Origin: Azolla caroliniana
Lineage: Eukaryota > Plantae > Polypodiophyta
Length of the DNA: 11,539 nucleotides
Assembly: GCA_043228905.1 (NCBI GenBank)
Contig: JBHGNT010001148.1
Coordinates: forward strand, 1 to 11,539
Reading direction: 5' to 3'
Shown here in pieces: positions 1 through 9,040 of the stretch. The number at the start of each line of letters is the position of its first letter. The stretch's first letter is position 1. The position numbers were made by a program, and so were the translations under genes. The notes below the pieces were generated by a model. That model worked only from the letters and a program-made list of their open reading frames with translations, had not been told where the DNA came from and made no database searches.

Positions 1-1239
1 AGAGCACGGAATGGCAAGAGATGAGCAACCAGCCTATCAAAGAGAAAGGTTGATTAGGCTGATAGTAAAAATGGAAAGGATATGATTATTGACCCTAAGC
101 CAAGGGAGATCACACTGGCGATAGTGTGTTGGCCTATAGAAGTGGATTTGGATAAGCTATCATGGGACCCAACGATGTATTTCTGGAGAACCCAAGGACG
201 AATTGAAGGGGCAAAGCCGGTTCAATTTTTTAGGTACAACACGAAAATTGGGAGGCAAATTATTCTAGAACAAGAACACGACAAGATTGCAGCAAAGAAA
301 TTTTGGATACATGAGGGCATTAGTAAAATGAGACTAGATAAATGATGGAAAATGATATGGCATGACCGTTATGACCGCAAGATAATGATGTGTTTATGGC
401 TTATTGCACATGGAGCCTTGCCGGTACGGACGTGGGGTAAAGGCCCCAATTTAGACCCTAGATGTATTGCATGTGGACAGATAGAAAGCATTTCCCATTG
501 TCTATGGGAATGTTGCGAGGCAGTGGCTGTATGGGGAAGGGCATTACATTTGCTTTGCCATGCCTCTAGTTCGTTCACCCTCAACTAGGGACATGCTTGC
601 TAGAAGTGTCTTGAGGATGATGTGGCGAAATACGATAGCCCATGCAATGCTAAGTACAGAGGGGAGAATGGCATTGTTCGGCTTAGCACTGACAACAGGG
701 TACCTACAGTTAGTGCATAGAAGCATAAACTTGGATATCTTTGGACGTTGCGTGCACCCATTACCATATGGTGTATATGGACAACAAGGTGTACCAGGGT
801 ATTTTCAACAAACAAACACCCTCCAACTCAATTGATTAAGCTAATCTAGCACACAGTAATAACTACACTGAGAGCTCAATATGAGCGGATTGATGGTATT
901 GATGATGTTGTAGAATTAATGAGGCTAAATTTTAGAAAGTGGTGATGTACTACACTGATGGCCACATCAAATGGAATGGATATACAGTGGTAGTATGTAG
1001 TGCCCATATTGTTGTTCCCCCCTCCCATTAGTTGAACGAGGGGCGTGAAAGAGATGTCATGTGGGATAGTGAATGTAGGTGATGTGTATGAAAGGATGGC
1101 TAGAGGCACATGTGAAAGTGTAAGATAAATAAGTGAGATTTCTTATGAAGGTTATGGTAGTCTAGGCAAGGCCTACCTGAGAAAGGGATCGAGTTTGTGC
1201 ATATTTTAACTAATGGAGTATATTCTTTTTTGGAAAAAA
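1..1239 (+). mobile_element. 3' portion of a degenerate L1-clade LINE retrotransposon (ORF2 zinc-finger/C-terminal region plus 3' UTR), cut by the window edge
   Basis: Frame +1 reads from 82 to 1035 through in-frame stops. 'K*WKMIWHDRYDRKIMMCLWLIAHGALPVRTW...CIACGQIESISHCLWECCEAVAVW' matches the zf-RVT pattern (WkxiW..K...LW...h.aLP...CxxC..E...H.l..C......W). 'IWCIWTTRCTRVF' (766-804) matches the W.IW..Rn.rvF motif of plant L1 ORF2 C-termini. The end is placed tentatively at TCTTTTTTGG-A6 (1234-1239). Confidence 0.85.
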
Positions 1240-1306
1240 GTCACAACTAGCTATTCTACACTTTCAACCTTTTTCCTTGTCTTCTTTTCATCCTATATAT
1301 TTGTAA

Positions 1307-1494
1307 CGGGCATGACCATATAATATCCCGTGGTAAGATTGTATTGTAGTATTCTTTACACTCTTGTTTAACCCTCTCACTTTATCCACATGTATAGAAT
1401 ACTACGGTACAATCTTACCATAGGATATTATATGGTCATGCGTAAAGAATACTACGGCACAATCTTACCACGAGATATTATATGGTCATGCCCG
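1307..1494. mobile_element. MITE, Tourist/PIF-Harbinger-like, 188 bp
   Basis: Left arm 1307-1359 (CGGGCATGACCATATAATATCCCGTGGTAAGATTG...) is the reverse complement of 1442-1494 with 4 mismatches in 53 bp. TAA flanks both sides (1304-1306, 1495-1497), the target duplication typical of PIF/Harbinger. No coding capacity. Confidence 0.75.
1392..1491. repeat. 2 x 50-bp tandem repeat (duplicated right arm of the MITE)
   Basis: 1392-1441 and 1442-1491 match at 45 of 50 positions (GTAwAGAATACTACGGyACAATCTTACCA...GATATTATATGGTCATGC). Confidence 0.95.
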
Positions 1495-1720
1495 TAAATA
1501 TTTAACGAAAGTGCCAACACTCAAGAAAGATGAACTTATTTGTTATAAGAAGGATGAACTGATTCATCATAATGTCCTTGACAAGTTGGACTACTTAAAG
1601 ATACCGTGACACTCGGGCCCTTTTATAGTTATTGAATTGAATAAATGCAGATGTATTATAATTTATTTATTTATTTTTGCCATTTATCCACGCTTAGCAT
1701 ACTAAACATTTGAAAGAGTT

Positions 1721-1946
1721 AAATCGCTAAAGAATTTCAACATTTTTAAAGGAGTTTCTTGTCTAACTTGAAAGGGATTTCAACCTAACCTCCTCCTTGT
1801 TTCCTTTTGCAAGTTTGATCTTTCATCCTTGATTCTAAATAGATAAAGAATTTCAACATTGATAAAGGAGTTTGTGGCCTAATCTGAAAGGGATTTCAAT
1901 TCTCGACCCCTAACCTAACTTGTTTCCTTGTGCAAGATTGATGTTT
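1721..1946. repeat. Diverged tandem duplication, period about 116 bp
   Basis: Copies start at 1721 and 1837 and share TAAAGAATTTCAACATT, TAAAGGAGTTT, TGAAAGGGATTTCAA, CCTAACCT, CTTGTTTCCTT and TGCAAG in the same order, with a short insertion in copy 2. Confidence 0.9.
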
Positions 1947-2950
1947 TGTGTGAATTACTATCAGGCATAGTATGAACCATACATATCATACGTGCATTCG
2001 CATGTGAGAATGTTCCAATCATTCGAGCATGGTAAACACCCTCGAAGTATGGGAAATACCATACTTTTGTATTCATTATTTATTATAAGGTAAAAAAAAC
2101 TAAGGTAAAAAAGTGTAAAAAAAACATAAGAATGTTTTGATAACATATGCATTCTCATGAGAAAGAATGTTTGCTAGTGCATTTGAGTGTATTATGTACT
2201 ATGCTATCAAGTTTTGATATAAGAACCTATTGTTGTACACCGAGTAAATAATTGTTGCATTCTCTTCAGCGATGCAATATCCTTCTACATCCATAAAAGA
2301 TTGTCTAGATTTCAAGGAGGCTATGATGGTGGATCTCTTGATGAAATATGATGATAGACAACATACGGAAGTACTTGTATCAATTAGAGAACATGTGTTT
2401 TGTGTGAGGCAGCCAAAATGTGGAAGACCTATATTGTTGTCATTCTCTCTCATGTAAGACGAGATAAAATGGATCCGCAAGAGACTGGGAGCAATTGTAA
2501 ATATTGAATGTCAATAAGAAAAAAATATCTTGGTAAATATTGTTCACATCACACCTCTTTCATGTGTGCCATATAATTATATCATGAAGTTTGTTTCGCT
2601 AATGTTTGTAAACCAATATTACCAACACATTTCTATACTTAGAATTTCTTCTTCTTCTTTTTCCAAAAAAAACACGCTTCACTTGACCCTACTTTAAAAT
2701 TAAAAAACCTTCGATAGATTTAAAAGTTACAATCTACTTTTTATCCCAAAAAAGAAAACATTTTACCATAAACCCTAAAGAACTCTTGTAATATTTAAAA
2801 TTCTTGTGAGCAATATACTATATATATTTGTATTGAAATAAATTTTTATGTGGATCCTTTCTTACGTTTAAGTAAGAATTATTATCATGATAAAGTAACT
2901 AACGTAAGTGATAAGAGCTTAGGGCATAAATAATCATATGACGGCTCTCA

Positions 2951-3118
2951 TACATTGCATATCTATAGGAAGGGAGGAGAAAATATTAGAATTTTGATCA
3001 CAAATGAAACATTTCAAGTGTGTTCTTGATCTCGTACATTGCATATCTATAGGAAGGGAGGAGAAAATATTAGAATTTTGATCACAAATGAAACATTTCA
3101 AGTGTGTTCTTGATCTCG
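2951..3118. repeat. Perfect 2 x 84-bp tandem duplication
   Basis: 2951-3034 and 3035-3118 are identical (TACATTGCATATCTATAGGAAGGGAGGAG...GTGTGTTCTTGATCTCG). Confidence 0.97.
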
Positions 3119-3884
3119 GCTCATATCACACATGACCCTGTTTTTCATATCATGGTAACATGAGCATGCTTGTTAATGTTCAAGAGTTTGCATTCAATAT
3201 TAGTTGACCAATTATGTGGAGTTTTCCCTCTTGGAACCATTTCCCAAGTTCCTATTTGCCTTTGATCCATACTCGTTAATGCTCTAAAATATGAACTTTG
3301 TGTTACATTGTCCCTAACTACGACCCCCATACTTTATCAATGGGCCGAAAGAACATCGGTGATTGGATCAAAAGGCATCTTATGCACATGTATAAGTGTG
3401 AGAAGGGCATGGATCCAAGTGTTACATGGAAGTATACAAGGATGTGTGTCCATAAGACTTACCAAGTGTTTTATAACATGTACACAATCCAATATCCAAT
3501 ATGTATGTATAAAAGAAAATAAAAGAACATGTACCCAAAAATTTCATTCAACATGCACAATCCAAAGTATAGTCTTATGATTAACATACACATCCAAGGC
3601 ATAGTTGTATATTGAGACTATTGGCATGTATTCGTTGCATAGTGAGACAATTGTCATGTATCCAAATCTTTGGGTACACATACATGCAAAAGATGTAAAC
3701 AGAAGGAGGAGAACCATGTGTCCAATCTTATCACTCTCTAAGCTTATCACCACTGCTAGCTAGATGCTTAGAAGATTAATAATCTATGTGTGCATCTTGG
3801 TAAATTTGTTCACCTAAATGCAAATATAGCTTGCCACCATATCTAAATGGGTTTTTGATAGAATAATACTCAAGCTGTTGATTT

Positions 3885-3890
3885 TTTATT
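3885..3890 (-). terminator. Candidate polyadenylation signal AATAAA of the CML gene
   Basis: AATAAA on the minus strand about 140 nt past the stop codon at 4029. The motif is common in AT-rich DNA, so support is positional only. Confidence 0.35.
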
Positions 3891-4028
3891 ATTATCTAAG
3901 TGGTTTCCCCCAAGGAACAAAGTACCATTGCATGTATGTACTACATTGAATGATGTCAAGGTATCCTATCCATCCTTTTAACACATTTGTAGCATGAATT
4001 TCCCAAGCAAAGAAAGGAACCTCCCAAA

Positions 4029-4736
4029 TCACAGAGCACATTCCAGCATGTCCTTGAACTCGGGGAGATTGATCTGCCCATCGCCATCTTGGTCGAAGCG
4101 ACCGATCATCTCGACACACGAGCCGAGCTCGCACGCTTCTTCGTGAAAGCCCAAGCCACTCAGAACCTCCTGGAGCTCCCGGGGGGAGATGAAGCCATCA
4201 TTATCCTTATCGAAGATACCGAAGACCTCGGAGAGGAGGCGATCATCGTCCTCCTCCTCGAGCACCGGATGATGAACTTCATGCTCTAGGAGTAAATGGT
4301 GGTGGTCGCGGCGGGGCCGGCCCATGCGAGTCATCTCGTAGAGGGAGAGGAAGTCATTATGGGTCACGAAGCGGGGGTCCTCTCGGCCGGACGAGGAGGA
4401 GGAGGGGCTCGTGTGCTCGAGGAAGAGGGAGGAGATGCTTTCACGGCTCATCCGGAGGCCTAGCCGGTCCAAGAAATGTCCGAGCTCTTCGCTCGAGAGC
4501 TTTCCGTCCTTGTTCTCGTCGAATGTTTCGAAGACTCGCGAGAGAAGGCCGACATCGCATGGTGGCCGACAAGGTGCCCCCGGGATGAGGCGGTGGCTCG
4601 ACGAGGAAGGCCTTGGCCGGCCATAGAACCAAAGAATGTCGGCAGCTTCATTGAAATCGAGCGAAACTACCCCATTTGATTTGGTACCCAAAGAAGAAGA
4701 AGTTGAGGGTTTAGATGGGGTATACTTAGGTTTCAT
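4029..4736 (-). CDS. CML: Calmodulin-like EF-hand calcium-binding protein, CML42/43/44-like, 235 aa, intronless
   Basis: Uninterrupted ORF starting in an ACCATGA context. Canonical 12-residue loops DENKDGKLSSEE, DKDNDGFISPRE and DQDGDGQINLPE; the second EF-hand is degenerate. 'DGFISPRELQEVLSGLGFHEE...CVEMIGRFDQDGDGQINLPEFKDML' resembles the Arabidopsis CML42/43/44 C-lobe as I recall it. The core is GC-rich. Confidence 0.93.
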   Translation of the reverse strand: MKPKYTPSKPSTSSSLGTKSNGVVSLDFNEAADILWFYGRPRPSSSSHRLIPGAPCRPPCDVGLLSRVFETFDENKDGKLSSEELGHFLDRLGLRMSRESISSLFLEHTSPSSSSSGREDPRFVTHNDFLSLYEMTRMGRPRRDHHHLLLEHEVHHPVLEEEDDDRLLSEVFGIFDKDNDGFISPRELQEVLSGLGFHEEACELGSCVEMIGRFDQDGDGQINLPEFKDMLECAL

Positions 4737-4942
4737 GGTACCAAGTAAGAAGATGGAGAGGTCACCAAGGAAAAGAGAGAGAGTGAGGAATTAGGGAAGA
4801 AGGATTTGTCATGCACCATTAAGCAACTAATCAATGCATCATTAATTAAGCACTAATCATGCACCGTTGAGCATGATTATCTAAGCACCGATCAAAGCAT
4901 CGCATGCAACTTAGAAGTGGTGCTGTTTCATGCTCTTGTTTG

Positions 4943-4948
4943 TTTATA
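4943..4948 (-). promoter_or_regulatory. Candidate TATA box of the CML gene
   Basis: The minus strand reads CCCCTTTATAAACAAAC about 210 bp upstream of the ATG. A CT-rich tract typical of plant 5' UTRs lies at 4741-4805. Confidence 0.45.
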
Positions 4949-5249
4949 AAGGGGCCCAAAAGAAACACGAACACACATAAAATCAAGGCTTTTGGTGTGT
5001 GTGGTGGGGTTTGGGGGGGGGGGGCGCAGGAAGTTTCATGGAAGCTTCCTTTCCCTTTTGTTTTCTTGAAATATATGGGGGGATTTCTCTCCTTTCTTCT
5101 CGCTCTGCAGACTTCATTTTAAAAGGCATCCGTCTCTCTCATGGGGCAGTGGGCATGTATGTATGTATGTATGGTATGGACCAAATGCAATCCTGTTTTG
5201 GGTTCCCAATCTTACCCTTTTTAGAAAGCAGGCCAACCCTTTTCTAGAA

Positions 5250-5292
5250 ACACACACACATGTGTGTGTGTGTGTGTACATATATATGTATA
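5250..5292. repeat. Compound (CA)n(TG)n(TA)n microsatellite, self-complementary
   Basis: ACACACACACATGTGTGTGTGTGTGTGTACATATATATGTATA: 43 bp of strict purine/pyrimidine alternation. Confidence 0.95.
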
Positions 5293-5460
5293 AATTAGGC
5301 ATGCTTTTCTTCTCCATGACCATTTTTGGTAAAACCTTACCAATTGGGCTCTCACCACCTTATTAATATGTTACCAACCGGGCTCATTCATAATTATATT
5401 AATTGTATGTAAAATCCACTTAGTTACAACAATTCTTAGTCTCCTCTACCTATCATATGC

Positions 5461-5730
5461 CTACGTAGGGAGAGGGACGTTCTGTAATGCTACTAAAAAA
5501 CCTGAATATGCATTTGAGGAAATGATCCCCACATGCTCTAACATCCAAAAATTCCACATGAGAATACCTTTAAGCTTCTTTATATAGGCTTTCACCCCAT
5601 GTCTATTATCAAACATGAAAGCATTACGCATATTCCAATTGTGTTGTAGACCCCAATAACGTAAAAATTGGAACAATATCTCCATCTCATCATTTGATCC
5701 ATTTTGAACATATTAAGAAAAAACCCATTG
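5461..5730 (-). mobile_element. Short LINE ORF2 C-terminal fragment
   Basis: A minus frame reads 'QWVFS*...EILFQFLRYWGLQHNWNMRNAFMFDN...LMWNFWML', resembling the L1 C-terminal W.iW..RN..iF motif. It abuts a (CT)7 tract at 5736-5749. Boundaries are approximate. Confidence 0.5.
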
Positions 5731-6459
5731 TTGAGCTCTCTCTCTCTCTATGAACCACCTCCAGGCTCATCTGGTCTTGCTAAGCTTGCCTAAGTTACAG
5801 TATAAACACTTGCTTTTACATACATGTGTGTTGTAACTTGCAACATATGTCATGTGTGTCGTAACACTTTCACACAAGCCAAGCCTTTCTTACGTGAAGT
5901 CAAGTTGAGAGAGATTTGTCACATACATCCCATCCTTGCACTCCACCCTACTTGCTCCTCTCTTCTTATACTTTCCAATGTTCTCTTCATTAAGTACAAA
6001 TTACGATACTCCAATGCAAACCGTGTAAACTTAAGCGCAATGTTTTCTAAAATGTTATGTCTAGCTTAATCTTTTCCCTCGCATGTTGTCCTAACTAATG
6101 TTAGTCAAGAGTTTTGCATTTTTACATGGAGCTTCTCATAGAAGATGATGACAGCACACTAGGGAACACACCAAGGTGAAAACACAAATAACTTGTGCAA
6201 GTTGAGCCATGATAACCTTAAAAGAAGTTCCAGGACATGCTAAATGCAATAGTGATTGATGATGAGCGCATAAAAGGTTGTCAATGCTTCTAATACAAAC
6301 CAATGCCACATGTAGCGACAACAATACATCCACGCATGATTTGTTACTTGAATGTTGACAACATAGGCATTAGTCATGAATCCAAAAACCTAATCATGGA
6401 TTATTAATCAATCAACGATAATTATTTATGAGCCAAGAGATGGCTATATGTTGATTGTG

Positions 6460-8075
6460 ATTGATTCCTATCCCTTCAGTCACCTTGTCGATGGAGGAAT
6501 GCGACACTCCAATGTCATTTTCTAAAAAAAACCATCGTGTATTCAAGACTTTAGAATTTTAAGATGTGAAAATGGGATTGCTAGTGAAGTTGGTGGTTGG
6601 CGAACTTGGACAATAATCAAATATAAAATGAAAACATATTAAGGTGTTGTCCCCATGCCTAACATATTTGTGATTTATTATAATATTTGATGTGACCAAA
6701 TTTAAACCACAAGATTTTTGTTGTCTTCAATTCTATGTGTTCTAGAATAAATATCACGAACCATTTTGACAAGATGACTATATCAATGTTATTTAGTTAT
6801 GGTAGAAGGCCCGAAAACTATCGAATTAGATCAATCACTTACATTCCATGAAAATATTTAAATTTATTAGTAGGTATGGATAGAGGAGTATGCAATCTTG
6901 TTCATTTTTACTTAGACAAAAGACACATTGTAGACAACATAATTTATGTTATAGTTTCATAATCAAGCATTATCCTATACAAACAATGGCAACGTCTGTT
7001 TGTAATGGTGAAATAAATAGTATATCTTTACAACCTTGTAATGCATGGAGAACCTCACAAATAATGTGCGATTTGGATATTATGCTTCGCATGAAAGACC
7101 TTTATGAATATTGAAAAACACTTAAACATATACTCGACAAAGAAAATAAATTTTAGAAGATCAACTTAATGCGTGGAAGAAACAAATTTTTTAGTGAACA
7201 ATGATCCAATCTTCTCCAATGCATGTGAAGTATTTGAAGGATATTCAGGTTACTGATCTTCCTTGAAAGTAACCCAAATTATTAGATCAATGCTTTGAGA
7301 ATCGAAACCATATTGAAATTGTTGACACTCAATCTATGATTGGATAAGTCACTACATTTGCAAGGCGACAACTTGGTAACTATTCTTGGTAATGAAGCAT
7401 TTGAAGGAGATTGGTAATACTCACCATTATTGTTTCCAAAGTGTTGAATCTTAGTTTTCCAAGGTATTGTGTTTATTTTCATTTTGATATTAACTATTTT
7501 TCTTGAGAGTGTCTCATGGTTGTGCTTGATACATGCCCTATGTTATCGTGAAGAATATCACTTTTTTTGACATTCAATAACGTTGAAAACAATATGGATG
7601 ATATATCATATGGAATATTGCATTTGCATTTCCAATGCAAGCTTCTTCACTAGTATATGAACCATTTTAATGAAAAACTTGACAAACAAAAACTTTAACA
7701 AGAATGGCATGTGTATTAAGAATTGCTTCGAAGTGTAGTTCATACATTGAACGTTGTATGAGGAATTTGAATGGATCACGGTAGAAACTTTGGAGACCAA
7801 ATACAATTACACATATAATAATGATGATCAACCCTATTCAAATTAGCTAAAAGATTAAGATGTAAATAAAGGTAAGTGTTAACTCTATGTGAAATCCTAG
7901 TCCTAACTCATTGCGCTTTCACATCATATCCCCATTTGTTAGGCTTAATGTCTAAAATAGTTGGTTGGCTAGCATTTCTCTCGCCCATAGTGAAGTTGTT
8001 ATACCCATACAATTTTTTAACATATAATTTTAACTTTGGTTATGAGAAGCTGGCAATGTTATGATGTGTATATGT
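6460..8075 (+). mobile_element. Possible highly degenerate hAT-type transposase relic
   Basis: Scattered peptides in different + frames occur in hAT-like order: VTLSMEE or FSHLVDG (~6475), LVGMDRG (~6867), THCRQHNL (CxxH, ~6923), LHLQGDNL (~7352), QEWHVY (~7700), YPHLLGL (~7927), EKLAML (~8044). There are many stops and frameshifts, and no termini were found. Confidence 0.28.
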
Positions 8076-8673
8076 TCTTATTCTAGGCTATGCCAAGGTT
8101 GTATGGTGATTGAAGCGTAAATTAAATTCATAATGAAGGATTAGATGGGAGTAAATGATTATACATGCGTGCAAATTAACATTTAAAAAGTGACTTATAA
8201 ATAGATAAATCACTGACATGAACCGATCTACACCGACATGAAATTTGTTGTGCTCACATCACCCATGTGTGAATAGATTATGGGTCCAAAAAAACGAGAG
8301 TTTTGTTTTTAGTGTAGAAACATCTTGATTTTACCCATGCATCCAAGATTTTGTTGTTTTTCCTTTAGTTCTGCAATATCTAAGTCATTATGGGATATTT
8401 CAACATTACATTATTTTGTACAATGCAAATATAAATTTCACTGGATTCCTTTAAATGGCTCTTGATCATTTCTCACCGTTGATATGTACACGATACACAA
8501 GAAATCCAAAATGCCAAGTACAAATGATGAGCAATTTTGAATGATTATCAATTAATACATTATGTGCAATTGAAGCAGTTCACATATTCACTTCAATTAT
8601 ATACAATGTTTTTGAGGAATATTTTTAACATACACCATGATTTGACAGTTGAACAACGGCATCACAACAATAG

Positions 8674-9040
8674 TTGTTAAAAAACGCGTATTCTACGTTC
8701 GTAGTGCGTTTTAGAATACTCTGAAGTATTCTACATGTATTCTATGTTTTAGAACTAGCGTTTTCTAAAATTTGATGTATTATGCGTATTTAACAAGTAT
8801 TTATCATTTCAAAAAAAAAAACTTTTAAAAATCTTTAACATTTAAGAAGTATTTAACATATTTTACAAGTATTCTACACATATTCTAAATACTCTACATG
8901 TATTCTAAGTATTCTACACGTATTCTAAGTATTTAACATATTTTATCTATAAAATACGTATTCTAAGTATTTAAAAAAAAGTTAGTATACTTGATGAATA
9001 CGTATTCTATACGTATTTTATGCTAAGTATTTTTCAACAA
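8674..9040. mobile_element. Putative non-autonomous DNA transposon with an internal GTATTCTA repeat array
   Basis: The ends TTGTTAAAAAA and TTTTTCAACAA are inverted repeats (10/11), each flanked by TAG. Nine exact GTATTCTA copies (8688, 8726, 8737, 8869, 8900, 8909, 8920, 8958, 9002) plus one inverted copy (8712). A 3 x 20-bp tandem lies at 8869-8928. Confidence 0.55.

Noticed and set aside
2199-2480. Possible third zf-RVT/LINE relic (NIL..KRLSRF, EHVFC, AAKMWK in mixed frames) and the short ORFs here
   Set aside because: It needs several frameshifts and lacks an intact CxxC; too weak to call by eye.
3145-3330. 'GTWEMVPR' resembling the copia reverse transcriptase TWELVP motif
   Set aside because: The following KWVFK motif and all other RT motifs are absent.
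3892-4679. Several 60-80 aa ORFs overlapping the CML gene on both strands
   Set aside because: Expected by-products of a GC-rich, stop-poor coding region; no recognisable domains.
4771-4790. GA/CT tract resembling a miR156/miR529 site
   Set aside because: The similarity is confined to simple GAGA repeat; the seed-pairing end (CTGTCA) is missing.
8688-9010. CRISPR-like or iteron-like reading of the short repeats, and a shared AGTATTCT core with the MITE at 1307-1494
   Set aside because: There are no unique constant-length spacers and the context is eukaryotic. The shared AT-rich 8-mer is too short to imply a relationship.
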